Assembly: GCA_001304225.1 (NCBI GenBank)
Contig: LJVD01000004.1
Coordinates: forward strand, 1-61,918
Source: a candidate division Zixibacteria bacterium SM1_73
GTDB taxonomy: Bacteria; Zixibacteria; MSB-5A5; SM1-73
Direction: 5' to 3'
Length of the DNA stretch: 61,918 bases
Part shown: positions 20,036 through 29,408 of the stretch, piece by piece
How the letters are laid out: each line of letters starts with the position of its first letter
Position numbering within the stretch: the stretch's first letter is position 1
Notes under the pieces: model-generated
The model's input: the letters and a program-made list of their open reading frames with translations, nothing else
What the model was told of the DNA's origin: nothing
The model's database searches: none
Position numbers and translations under genes: made by a program

Positions 20036-21907
20036 TCATCTGTTGGAAAGTACTCTTTTATCTCCCTCCCTTTCGGTTACTCCCTGTTGATCCAGTTTTT
20101 CTAAAATGGGAACCATATATTTGCGGGTGGTGGAAACATGTTCCCTCAGTTGACTCACCGTAGCGGGTCCATTCTTGTCGATGAAATCCACGATCTTATT
20201 TTTAATCTTCTCAAAATCTTCTTTTCTGAAAAGCACTCCATCCTTCAATTCGATTAGTTTCCCCCCTTGGATCAAAAACATCAAAACATCTTCATGATTT
20301 GAGCTCTCACCCAAAATTTCCTCTTTGGTGGGTGGAGAAAGCGGATGGACAACAAATTTCTGCAATATTTTTTGAGAGAGATTCTCTTGTTCTGGAGTAA
20401 GTTTGGGCTTATGAGAAGGAAGCCTGAGATAAGCCTCCTGTTGAACTATTCTTCTATCCTTTACCAGGGATCTGATAGCTTCGGTCAAGAGATCCTCTTC
20501 TATTTTCAGTTTCCCGGAAAGCCCTGCAGATTTCACTCCAATTTTGAAGGGAAATTTCTGGTGTGTTTTTTCCACCTCTTTGGTTATTTTTGTTAACACC
20601 TCTTCCCATCTTGATTTATGTATCAGCAGATTTTCGATCAAAAATATTCTCCCTGCTTTTTCCAATTCCGTCAAGCTTGACTCAATTTGGCTCCGGCTGA
20701 AATTGCCTGCTTTTAGGATGTCTCTCCTTAACATGAAATTTTGTCTTTCCAAATCAGAAAGAATTAAATCCGGCAGGTTTAGATTCAGTCTCCTTCCAAG
20801 ATCAGGGACTAACCACTTATCTTTTTTCTTATATACTCTTGGAGAGACATCCAATACGATTCCGCCTCCGATGGTTATCTGTGGCGAAGGCAATCTCAGT
20901 ATAAAATGATCTCCGATTCGAGCTAAGAGATTCTCTTTGCATTTAAACTGCACCAAAGCAGAGCCGCCCGGCTCTATTTTCTCTTTATTTAGAATATTGA
21001 TCCTGGCCAAAAGTTCAGTGGTTCCCAAAATTAGAAGGAGCTGGGCATTATGTTTTATGGGGAATGCCATAGTGGACACTAGGTCAACTTTGGCGGCGAA
21101 AATATCGGTGGTTTCATCCTGAGCCGCTTTGGTGACTACGTCTCCCCTTTGGATATCTACTTTTTCCAGCCCAGCTAAATTCATTGCCACCCTGGTCCCG
21201 GGCAAGGCTTTTTCAAATTTCTTCTTGTGGGTTTGTAAATCTCTTATCCGAGCGGAAATTTTTTGAGGAAGAATTTCTATCTCCTCCCCCAAATGGAAAG
21301 AACCGTCGATCAGGGTGCCGGTGACCACCGTTCCCCTGCCGGCCATGGTGAAGACCCGATCGATATACATTCTCGGTTTTCCGATATCTTTCCGGGGCTG
21401 GATTTCAGAAATCATCTTGGCTATTTCGTCATAAAGCTTTTTTATTCCAATCTTATTGGGGGAGGAAACTTCGAGTATGGGGGCACCTTCCAGAATAGTC
21501 CCTCTTACCTTTTCCTTGATATCTTCTTCTACTAAGCTCAGCCAATCTTCTTTAACCAGGTCTATTTTGGTTATCACCACGATTCCTCTTTTTATCTTTA
21601 AAAAATCCAGGATTTGTAAATGTTCTTGGCTCTGGGGCATCCAGCCATCATCCGCTGCCACCACAAATAAGACCGCATCGATTCCCCCCACCCCAGCCAC
21701 CATATTCTTCACAAATCTCTCATGACCGGGAACGTCTACGATTCCCACCTCTGATCCGTCCGGAAGAGAAAGCCAGGCAAAACCTAAATCGATGGTCATG
21801 CCCCTTCTTTTCTCCTCCGGAAGCCTATCCGGATCGATGCCGGTTAAGGCTTCCACCAACTTGGACTTTCCATGATCTATATGTCCGGCAGTTCCTATGA
21901 CAAACAT
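20036..21907 (-). CDS. selB: selenocysteine-specific elongation factor
   Basis: GTPase motifs GHIDHGKS, DVPGHE and TKID, plus a long winged-helix C-terminal region. It is adjacent to selA. Confidence 0.9.
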   Translation of the reverse strand: MFVIGTAGHIDHGKSKLVEALTGIDPDRLPEEKRRGMTIDLGFAWLSLPDGSEVGIVDVPGHERFVKNMVAGVGGIDAVLFVVAADDGWMPQSQEHLQILDFLKIKRGIVVITKIDLVKEDWLSLVEEDIKEKVRGTILEGAPILEVSSPNKIGIKKLYDEIAKMISEIQPRKDIGKPRMYIDRVFTMAGRGTVVTGTLIDGSFHLGEEIEILPQKISARIRDLQTHKKKFEKALPGTRVAMNLAGLEKVDIQRGDVVTKAAQDETTDIFAAKVDLVSTMAFPIKHNAQLLLILGTTELLARINILNKEKIEPGGSALVQFKCKENLLARIGDHFILRLPSPQITIGGGIVLDVSPRVYKKKDKWLVPDLGRRLNLNLPDLILSDLERQNFMLRRDILKAGNFSRSQIESSLTELEKAGRIFLIENLLIHKSRWEEVLTKITKEVEKTHQKFPFKIGVKSAGLSGKLKIEEDLLTEAIRSLVKDRRIVQQEAYLRLPSHKPKLTPEQENLSQKILQKFVVHPLSPPTKEEILGESSNHEDVLMFLIQGGKLIELKDGVLFRKEDFEKIKNKIVDFIDKNGPATVSQLREHVSTTRKYMVPILEKLDQQGVTEREGDKRVLSNR

Positions 21908-22014
21908 ATAATTTTCTGAAAAACGTTTTTTTGGACTGACAAGCGGTAAAGGCTTGCCTACGCTAATTAAACGCTAGAACTACAGAGAGAGTATAATGCA
22001 GAAATTAGAAAGAA

Positions 22015-23442
22015 TCAACTTTTTTTGGGAAAAATGTTCTTTATCGCCTTTATGATCAGATCATCCTGATGAGGGAAAATGGTTCTTAAATCCAACACGA
22101 ATTTCTCATCCTCTATGCGGCCAATTATGGGTGGAGATTGTTCTCTGAAAAGCTGGGCTAACTGATCAGCGGTATGAACCGCATGGTTCATACCAGCGGA
22201 TTCAGTAGATTCAACAGATATTGCCACTGTTGGCAAGGTTTCACCTGGAAGGGAGCCTCCTCCCACCGTGCTTTTGCTCTCTTTTATGGTGATTGAAATT
22301 CCTGATTTGTGTAACTCTTCTTTGATATTCTCCGCCCTTTTTCTCAAAACATCCAAAGGAGCGCTGATCATTTGCCAGGCAGGAATCTTTTTAGTTGCCT
22401 GGCCCTTGAGATAAGAAAGCAAAACGCTTTCCAGGCCGGCAATGAACATTTTATCCAATCTTAGGGCGCGGTGAAGAGGGTGTTTTCTTAACAGATCAAT
22501 ATATTTCTTCCTCCCCAAAATTATTCCGGCTTGAGGTGCACCCAAGAGCTTATCCCCTGAAAAACAGACCAGGTCTGCTCCAGCGGAAATAGCCTCCAGT
22601 GCCGTGGGCTCGTGCGCCAGTTCAAAATCCTCGGTCCTGAGCATGACTCCGCTTCCCAGATCCTCTGCCGCACAAAGATTGTGCTTCCTTCCTAAATTCA
22701 CTAATTCACTTATAGGCGGTCTCTCTACAAATCCGATCATTCTGAAATTGCTCTGATGGACTTTGAGCAGAAGGGCGGTATCCTGAGTTATGGCGTTCTC
22801 ATAATCGGAAAGGGTGGTCTTGTTGGTGGTTCCCACTTCTTTTAAAATTGCTCCGCTCAAAGCTAAAATCTCAGGGATGCGAAAGCCACCGCCTATCTGC
22901 ACCAACTCGCCTCTTGAGACGATAACCTCTTTTCCTTCTGCTAAAGCGGTCAGAATCAAAAGAACTGCCCCGGCGTTGTTATTTACTGCTAAGGCAGCCT
23001 CGGCTTGAGTCAACTGGCACAAAAGCTTTTGTAAAAAAATTCCTCTATGGCTTCTTTTTCCCGCTTTGAGATCAAATTCCAAATTATTATAATTCTTGCT
23101 GATCTCTACTATGTGGGACAATGACTCTTCATCCAAGGGTGCGCGTCCCAGATTGGTGTGCAGGATCACCCCGGTGGCATTGATCACCGGTCGGACTAAA
23201 TCCGTAGTCTTTTCTTCAACAGCTTGGCTAACTTTTTCGACTATTTGATCAAAGGAAATATCTTGTGGAACTTCTTTGATCTGTTCTCTTATGGAGGAAA
23301 GCATCTCTTTTGCTGTTTGGCTTACCAGAGGATGGGAATATTTTTCGATTTTCTCTTTTAGCTTTTCCGATTCTAAGATTTTTTCGACGCTAGGAAGCTG
23401 TCTTAACTTCTCCTTGATCAGCTTTTCACTTGGATTTTGCAT
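22015..23442 (-). CDS. selA: L-seryl-tRNA(Sec) selenium transferase
   Basis: PLP-lysine context FSGDKLLGAPQAGII and an N-terminal LPSVEKIL motif. Confidence 0.9.
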   Translation of the reverse strand: MQNPSEKLIKEKLRQLPSVEKILESEKLKEKIEKYSHPLVSQTAKEMLSSIREQIKEVPQDISFDQIVEKVSQAVEEKTTDLVRPVINATGVILHTNLGRAPLDEESLSHIVEISKNYNNLEFDLKAGKRSHRGIFLQKLLCQLTQAEAALAVNNNAGAVLLILTALAEGKEVIVSRGELVQIGGGFRIPEILALSGAILKEVGTTNKTTLSDYENAITQDTALLLKVHQSNFRMIGFVERPPISELVNLGRKHNLCAAEDLGSGVMLRTEDFELAHEPTALEAISAGADLVCFSGDKLLGAPQAGIILGRKKYIDLLRKHPLHRALRLDKMFIAGLESVLLSYLKGQATKKIPAWQMISAPLDVLRKRAENIKEELHKSGISITIKESKSTVGGGSLPGETLPTVAISVESTESAGMNHAVHTADQLAQLFREQSPPIIGRIEDEKFVLDLRTIFPHQDDLIIKAIKNIFPKKS

Positions 23443-24467
23443 CTTTTGTCCTCGACTATATCGCCAATGACCACAGAGTTGGGCACGCCTTTGGAAATAA
23501 GACGACCCAGAAGCTTCTGCTCCTTTTCTTTTGCCACCGCGATCAACAGTCCCCCGGAGGTTTGCGCATCGGATAGGATCAATTTTGCTTCCTCAGAGAT
23601 ATCCCGATCCCAATCTGCTTTATCCTGAATAAACTTAAGATTTGCCAAAGTACCACCTGGGACCACCCTCTGTTTTGCCAGTTCCCAAGCATAGTCTATC
23701 ACGGGAACCTTGGATAAAAAGACTCTTGCTCCAACATTTGAAGCCTGCACCAACTCCCACAGATGTCCCAAAAGCCCGTAACCTGTGATATCCGTACAAG
23801 CATTGATCCCCACATCCAGCATTGCCTCTGAGGCAAATTTATTTAGAAAAATCATTATCTTCACCGCTTCGGCTACCCACTTCTCCTCGACCTGCTCTTT
23901 TTTAATAGCCGTGGTTATGAGCCCAATCCCTAACGGCTTGGTCAACACCAAAGAATCTCCAACTTTGGCCTTGGCATTACTTATTATCTTATCTGGATGA
24001 ATTGTTCCGGTTACTGCCAGTCCATATAGCGGCTCTTTGGTTTTGAGAGTATGACCGCCTATTATAGCCACATCCGCCTCTTGGGTTTTGTCTGCGCCTC
24101 CCCTTAGGATTTCATCCACGGCCCATAAAGGAACGGACTTTGGAGGAAAACCAAGAAGATTAAGTGCAGATAAAGGTTTTCCTCCCATGGCGTAGATATC
24201 GCTTAAGGCATTAGCCGCCGCTATTCTCCCGAAATCATAAGGATCATCCACCACCGGCGGAAAGAAATCCACGGTTTGCACCAGAGCTAGATCTTCTCTT
24301 ATCTTGTAAACCCCGGCATCATCCACCGAGTTGAACCCAACCAACACATTCGGGTTTTTCATTTTGGGCAAATGACTCAGAACCTGAGTCAGGTCATCAG
24401 GACCACACTTTGACGCTCACCCAAAACTCGATGCCAAACGGGTCAATCTAATTTTTTGTTCACTCAT
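23418..24467 (-). CDS. selD: selenide, water dikinase containing selenocysteine (in-frame TGA at 24419-24417)
   Basis: The ORF track starts at 24371. The same frame is open upstream to the ATG at 24467, giving MSEQKIRLTRLASSFG-U-ASKCGPDDLTQVLSHLP. G-U-A-S-K aligns with the G-C-G-C-K active-site loop of E. coli SelD (Cys17/Lys20). Confidence 0.8.
24373..24391 (-). promoter_or_regulatory. SECIS-like hairpin for the selD UGA
   Basis: On the mRNA, tgactcag-GUU-ctgagtca is a perfect 8-bp stem. It starts 25 nt after the UGA, and the loop begins with G-U. Confidence 0.5.
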
Positions 24468-24530
24468 TTGATCTATTTCTTTTCCCGTTAGTGAATTTCA
24501 AAGGACAAATCGTTCCATTACTTGCTTTCC

Positions 24531-25499
24531 TCATTGACACTCGTCTCTTACAAACTTTCTCGTGGCACGAGTCGCCATAGCTCGACCAAAACTGAATGGA
24601 GTGGTACTCAAAAATTTATGAACCTGAATTATTCCGTAGTCCTCCAAATAACTAACTGCTCTGTTAATTCTACTTGGGGGTAATTTGGTGATTTCCTGAA
24701 TCTCTTGACCACTCAGTTCTTTTCTTGCCTCTATAGCAGAAACAATAATTTTAATGTCATTTTCGGGGTCATAACGTGTGCCTACCCCTCTGAAATGCAA
24801 ATATAAGGCGTAGGTTGGTTCGACTTGTGCGTAAGCAAAGGGTTGTGTTCCCAAAAATCGTAACGATTTTACCAGACCATGGGACTCAAGTTCTTCTATA
24901 GCATCATTTATTTCTTGGGGCGTAAACTCAAGAAGTTCGGACAGTTCCTTCACGTCATACCTTTTTCCAAACGGGCGACTATCGTCATTGTCCTTAACCA
25001 TGAATTCCCCTAATTTGGTAGCTTCAGGTGAGAGGCCTCCAATAGTCTCAGTTCGCGTAGCAACAAAGTCTGGGGGAACCCCTAATGTCGGCTTTTCTCT
25101 TATTTCAAAGATGCTTTTTAACAACTCTCGTGCCTTATTCTCAAAATCTGAAGACATATCGATCCATCTAAGGGGTTTTACAGCACTCGGTATATCACAT
25201 TGCTCTATAATAATCGGTATTATCTTCGTAATGCCCTGAATCTTCTTGATCATAGCAACATCAAGTTCATTTTGAACCCAATTTGACTTAACACTGCTCT
25301 TCGATAACAGTATCAAAAAGACGTCACAATTCCTCAGTCCTTCCTCAAATATTTTCTCGATTAAAGAATCTCCCGGCAATATTTCCCATTTATCCCACCA
25401 GGCATCGACGCCGTTTTCCCGAAGAATAGTTGCAATTTTCTCTGCGAAGCTTTTATCCGAATGGCTATAACTTATAAAGACTCGCGGTGCTTCGTCCAC
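24531..25499 (-). CDS. TIR-domain protein with two tandem wHTH-like C-terminal units
   Basis: TIR hallmarks VFISYSHSD and SKSSVKSNWVQNELDVA (candidate catalytic Glu). Internal C-terminal duplication: ELSELLEFTPQEINDAIEELESHGLVKSLRFLGTQPF and ELSGQEIQEITKLPPSRINRAVSYLEDYGIIQVHKFLSTTPF. GTG start 4 nt after AGGAGG. Confidence 0.8.
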   Translation of the reverse strand: MDEAPRVFISYSHSDKSFAEKIATILRENGVDAWWDKWEILPGDSLIEKIFEEGLRNCDVFLILLSKSSVKSNWVQNELDVAMIKKIQGITKIIPIIIEQCDIPSAVKPLRWIDMSSDFENKARELLKSIFEIREKPTLGVPPDFVATRTETIGGLSPEATKLGEFMVKDNDDSRPFGKRYDVKELSELLEFTPQEINDAIEELESHGLVKSLRFLGTQPFAYAQVEPTYALYLHFRGVGTRYDPENDIKIIVSAIEARKELSGQEIQEITKLPPSRINRAVSYLEDYGIIQVHKFLSTTPFSFGRAMATRATRKFVRDECQ

Positions 25500-25507
25500 T
25501 TCTCCTC

Positions 25508-26095
25508 CTATCTTTCACTAAACCACCGTTCAATATTCTCTTTCTTGATGATTGGGCGAACTGTTAAGGAAGTAATTCCAATTATTCCGCCCTGTAAGTC
25601 TCTTTTCTGACCCGGCGAAAACCAAATTGGTTTTGCTTGAACCGTACGGTCATCTTTTATGTGAACTACTTCAACAATAGCAATGCAGACTTCTACGTCC
25701 GCTAAATTTCGATATACCTCAAATAACGAACCAATTTCAGTGTTGTAATTACCCACAAAAAGAAAAATGTGATCTCCGCCAAAATCATCACAGCGTTGAA
25801 TACTTCTTAAAGTTATTTTCGAATATGAATTCTTGAATAGTCTGTATCCTTGATATGTAGCTGAAATTGTCAAGAACATAAGAGCAAAGAAGAACAAGAT
25901 TAGGAAGCAGATCCAGATACGGGTCAATATGTATACCGATGCCGGAAAAAGAAACCAGCCTCCAACGGTGGCGACTCCGGTGATAGTTGCCCACCACCAC
26001 CTAAAGAATGGGCCAAACATGATTCCTAAAAAGGTTGCATTTCTATTCATCTTTATCTCTCTGTCCCTGCGCAGTACCATCATCAAACAAGGCAA
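25508..26095 (-). CDS. small 2TM membrane protein with ~115-aa soluble C-terminal domain (unknown family)
   Basis: Hydrophobic helices FFRWWWATITGVATVGGWFLFPASVYIL and IWICFLILFFFALMFLTISATY. The stop codon lies 8 nt before the TIR start. An alternative start is the ATG at 26050 (MNRNATF). Confidence 0.6.
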   Translation of the reverse strand: MPCLMMVLRRDREIKMNRNATFLGIMFGPFFRWWWATITGVATVGGWFLFPASVYILTRIWICFLILFFFALMFLTISATYQGYRLFKNSYSKITLRSIQRCDDFGGDHIFLFVGNYNTEIGSLFEVYRNLADVEVCIAIVEVVHIKDDRTVQAKPIWFSPGQKRDLQGGIIGITSLTVRPIIKKENIERWFSER

Positions 26096-26178
26096 ACAGC
26101 ATCAGTTCAAAGAACCAACAGACATACAAAATCGTTTATTCTGCACCTTGTCTCATGAGGTACTTTCCAAAGATGGAT

Positions 26179-26406
26179 CTAAAGATTATTCATGAATTCC
26201 TCCGAGGTAACTTTCGCTTGCTTGAGAATTCCCTTGAGCGTCCCAATCTTAAGCTCGCGATGAAGTGGAACAACGCAGCCAACTTCACCTTCTTTCGTTT
26301 GCTTTTTTAAAACTACATGGCTGCCCCGTTGCCTTACCTTTTCGAAACCAAGTCTGTGCAAGGATCGGAGGACTTCCTCTCCGGACACCTTCCTTAATTC
26401 ACGCAT
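26179..26406 (-). CDS. hicA: HicA-family mRNA interferase toxin
   Basis: 75 aa with GFEKVRQRGSHVVLKK (the HicA GSH motif). It overlaps hicB by 8 nt. Confidence 0.85.
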   Translation of the reverse strand: MRELRKVSGEEVLRSLHRLGFEKVRQRGSHVVLKKQTKEGEVGCVVPLHRELKIGTLKGILKQAKVTSEEFMNNL

Positions 26407-26611
26407 TAGCTACCACCTCAAATGTAGCAAGGATCGGTTTTTCAACCTTGGTTTGTGGAAATTCCTCCAGGTAAAGCTCTGTGGCTTCTTTGAGATTGGC
26501 GATTGCTTCTTCAATGGTGTAGCCTTGACTTACTGTTCCCACCTCGGGACACTCTGCCACATACATATCCTCTTCTTTATGGAGGATAGCAGTAAAGGTT
26601 AAGGTAGCCAT
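26399..26611 (-). CDS. hicB: HicB-family antitoxin (UPF0150 fold)
   Basis: 70 aa with YVAECPEVGTVSQGYTIEEAIANLKEA, typical of the HicB N-terminal domain. Confidence 0.85.
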   Translation of the reverse strand: MATLTFTAILHKEEDMYVAECPEVGTVSQGYTIEEAIANLKEATELYLEEFPQTKVEKPILATFEVVANA

Positions 26612-26678
26612 CCTTCAACCTCCTAAACTAGGTTATAAATAAGGCTTTGCATATATAATCCGTTATAACTTGCTTTGT

Positions 26679-27500
26679 TTATATATCGATTACCATTCCC
26701 ACTCCATTTGCGATGAAATCCTCCTTATATTCTTCTTTAAACAATTCTCTGGTTTTATCTCCAGAGCAATGGCAAGGGGCCGCCTTTTTCACGCCCAGTT
26801 CCCTGAAGCTTTTTATTATCTCTCTTAATTTAGAATCACCAACTCCTCCTAAGTGAAAGCCACCCAGAACCAAATAGATCTCCTCGGTGGTTATCTTTTT
26901 AGCTTCTCTTAACATCTCCACAATCCCGGGATGGGCACAGCCGGTTATCACCACCAGCCCCTTTTCTGTTTTCACGATTAAAGCTTGTTCTTTAATCCAG
27001 GTGCCCAGCTCTCCGGTGGTGCTCACGCTTTCAGATATCTTTACTGGACCGGCAACCTCAACCACATTTGCCTTGTATGATTTTACTTTGTTTTTAAAAT
27101 CATCGGGAAATGAACTCAATAAACAAACGTCGAGATTTGAGTTAATCTCCAATATCCCCGAAAGTCCACCGGTATGATCTCCGTGAATATGGGACAGCAC
27201 GATTGTATTTATGGTTTTTGGATCTATACCCAATTTCTGCATATTATAAAGCAAGGTTGAGCTCTCTCCGCCGGTATCAAAAAGAATATTTTTATCTCCC
27301 ACTTTAACCAGACAGGAGAACCCCCATCCTGTCTTCAATTCGGGATCATGCTCGTAATTATCATAAACGGTAATTAAAGTGATTTTTGCTTGAGTTGATT
27401 CCATTTTAACTTTCTCCATCCTTTCTGTTTTTCTGCAACTGAAAAATGAAATTAACAAAAGTATTACGAGGAAGGGTATAAATGGGAATAACTTTTTCAT
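26679..27500 (-). CDS. MBL-fold metallohydrolase lipoprotein
   Basis: SHIHGDHTGGL motif. Signal peptide plus lipobox (ISFFSC) from the ATG at 27500. The ORF-track extension to 27647 is translation through the tRNA gene. Confidence 0.75.
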   Translation of the reverse strand: MKKLFPFIPFLVILLLISFFSCRKTERMEKVKMESTQAKITLITVYDNYEHDPELKTGWGFSCLVKVGDKNILFDTGGESSTLLYNMQKLGIDPKTINTIVLSHIHGDHTGGLSGILEINSNLDVCLLSSFPDDFKNKVKSYKANVVEVAGPVKISESVSTTGELGTWIKEQALIVKTEKGLVVITGCAHPGIVEMLREAKKITTEEIYLVLGGFHLGGVGDSKLREIIKSFRELGVKKAAPCHCSGDKTRELFKEEYKEDFIANGVGMVIDI

Positions 27501-27556
27501 AATACCTTCAAACTGATTAACGAGATCACTTGACCATGTGCTAAAATTAAAATAAG

Positions 27557-27651
27557 CGGAAGGGGTGGGAATCGAACCCACCTCCCCCCGGACCAACCGA
27601 GGGGACCACGGATTTGAAGTCCGCAAGGACCACCAGATCCTATCCACTACA
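27557..27651 (-). tRNA. selC: tRNA-Sec-like gene (anticodon TCA); acceptor stem not resolved
   Basis: Anticodon loop CUUCAAA, with UCA at 27617-27615. The D arm is a 6-bp stem with a 4-nt loop (AGGAUC-UGGU-GGUCCU). The variable arm is a 9-bp stem (UCCCCUCGG-UUGGU-CCGGGGGGA). The T arm is GUGGG-UUCGAUU-CCCAC. The 3' strand CCCUUCC-G lacks a clean 5' partner; the observed 5' strand is UGUAGUGG. Confidence 0.6.
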
Positions 27652-27858
27652 AATTTTTTTGTTCGCTTTGATGAAGTTTAACCCAAACTTTCTCACAAAA
27701 TTCAAAGAGACAATTCAGAATTTGAAATTGTGATAATAGCATTGTAAATGGACATTTGCATGATGATCTTTTGGAGAATTTTTCATTTTTATCTTTGAAT
27801 TTCAAATTTTCACTAATATTTGTCTTTTACACATTTCAATTTCGTTCTCCAGGCGCAC

Positions 27859-28569
27859 TTATATCGATGAAACCGGTATCTTCATGGGGTCATCGATCTC
27901 CATCATCTCTTTGGTCACAAAGGCTTCGCCATATTTTTTACGAATAAGATAACCATAATGTCTGGCAGTGATCTCCATGAATTCAAAGATATCACCCGCT
28001 GGCGGAAAGACCACTTTTCCAGATGTCATTTCTTGGAACTGCGACTTGTAGCAAGCAACTGCCTTCTTTTTTCTTTCAAATTGATCCGTGATGTCCACAA
28101 TGAAGGAATGCTGAATCTGGTGAAAGGAGGAATTGTAAATGATTTTTGAAGGACGATGAGGTTCTCCGGGAGCATCTAACTTAGCTAATCCGGAGAGATA
28201 ACAGGCATCATATGCTAATTTAGAACAGTTGGCGTGATCGGGGTGCCTTTGAGTCCAGTAGGGCAAAATCGCCAGACGAGGTTTGTGTTTTCTGATCAGC
28301 CTCACCAACTTCAATTTATTCTCCCAGGTGGGCTCCACTTTGGAATCGGGAAGCATCAGGTTCTCTCGGATTTTGACCCCCATCACCTTAGCAGCATTCA
28401 AAGCCTCTTTTTCCCTCTGCTCTTTTGACCCCAAAGTCCCCATTTCTCCTTGGGTCAAATCGATGATACCCACCTTATAGCCCAAATCAGCCAACTTGAT
28501 GACCGTACCGCCACATACGATTTCAACGTCGTCTCGATGAGCAGCTATGGCCAAAGCATCCAACTTCAA
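27859..28569 (-). CDS. PIG-L/LmbE-family deacetylase (BshB1-like)
   Basis: LAIAAHRDDVEIVCGGT and IIDLTQGEMG motifs, plus HPDH. Confidence 0.75.
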   Translation of the reverse strand: MKLDALAIAAHRDDVEIVCGGTVIKLADLGYKVGIIDLTQGEMGTLGSKEQREKEALNAAKVMGVKIRENLMLPDSKVEPTWENKLKLVRLIRKHKPRLAILPYWTQRHPDHANCSKLAYDACYLSGLAKLDAPGEPHRPSKIIYNSSFHQIQHSFIVDITDQFERKKKAVACYKSQFQEMTSGKVVFPPAGDIFEFMEITARHYGYLIRKKYGEAFVTKEMMEIDDPMKIPVSSI

Positions 28570-28672
28570 AGTTTGTTCCTCCTTGTTTGTAATTTTATGA
28601 AAGGCTACCTTCTTGGTTTGGAATCATATTATCATGTATGATTTTGAACCATAAACCGAAAGGAGGTAGCAG

Positions 28673-29230
28673 ATGTATTCCGTAGTTATGGACATTCACA
28701 AAAGTTTTTTATCAGGTGACGGTTATAGATGAATCTGGGGAAGTAAAAGATCGGCGCCGCCTTAATCATACTCCCAAAGAGGAGTCGATAGAATATTTTA
28801 GTCAATTTCCTTCGGTTACGCAAGTGATAATGGAACCTACCTGTGGATGAGGGTGGCTTTCTGACTGTCTTTTGGATGCGGGATCGGAGGTGATTAAAAG
28901 TCGTGCCAAACAGAACCCTCAAGCTAAAAGGTTGATGACCATACCAGGAGTTGGATTTATTCTGACTTATCTTTTCCTCAGTGAGATAAGAGATATCAAC
29001 TGGGGTTTCATTGAGACGGCTGGTAGTGCTATCCGGTTTAATCCGGAGCTTAAATATTGGGCAGATAGGATCAAAGCCAAGAAAGTAGCTGGAGTAGCAA
29101 TCTGTGCGGTAGCCTGAAAGTTGGTGCATATAGTCTATCAAGTTTTGACTCAAAAAAGAGATTATCAACCCAGAAAAATCAGAACCCATCGGTCGAGCAG
29201 ACCGGTGAGCAACTTGGTTGTCAAATAACG
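28673..29230 (+). pseudogene. IS110-family transposase relic
   Basis: An RBS precedes the ATG at 28673. The reading is MYSVVMDIHKSFL..(frameshift)..VIDESGEVKDRR..MEPTCG-stop. The C-terminal domain then follows with LMTIPGVGFILTYLFLSEIRDI, then KLVHIVYQVLTQKRDY in another frame. The central part is missing. Confidence 0.65.
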
Positions 29231-29408
29231 ACGAAACGTTAAAGGTAATGGGGAGGCTAAACCTCGAAGAAAAACTACCTGCCTCCGGCTTAAAAACCAA
29301 GCACAAAAAGGTAGACGAGCTTGACCTCAAAATAGTTCTTGACACGGTAGCCTCCCAAAGATAGTTGCTTGATTTATTATACACAAAATCGCCTAATAAA
29401 TCGGGCGA

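Noticed and set aside
26679-27647. ORF-track N-terminal extension of the MBL protein (MDRIWWSLRTSNPWSPRLVRGEVGSIPTPS...).
   Set aside because: These codons are a translation of the tRNA-Sec-like gene. A proper signal peptide and lipobox start at the ATG at 27500.
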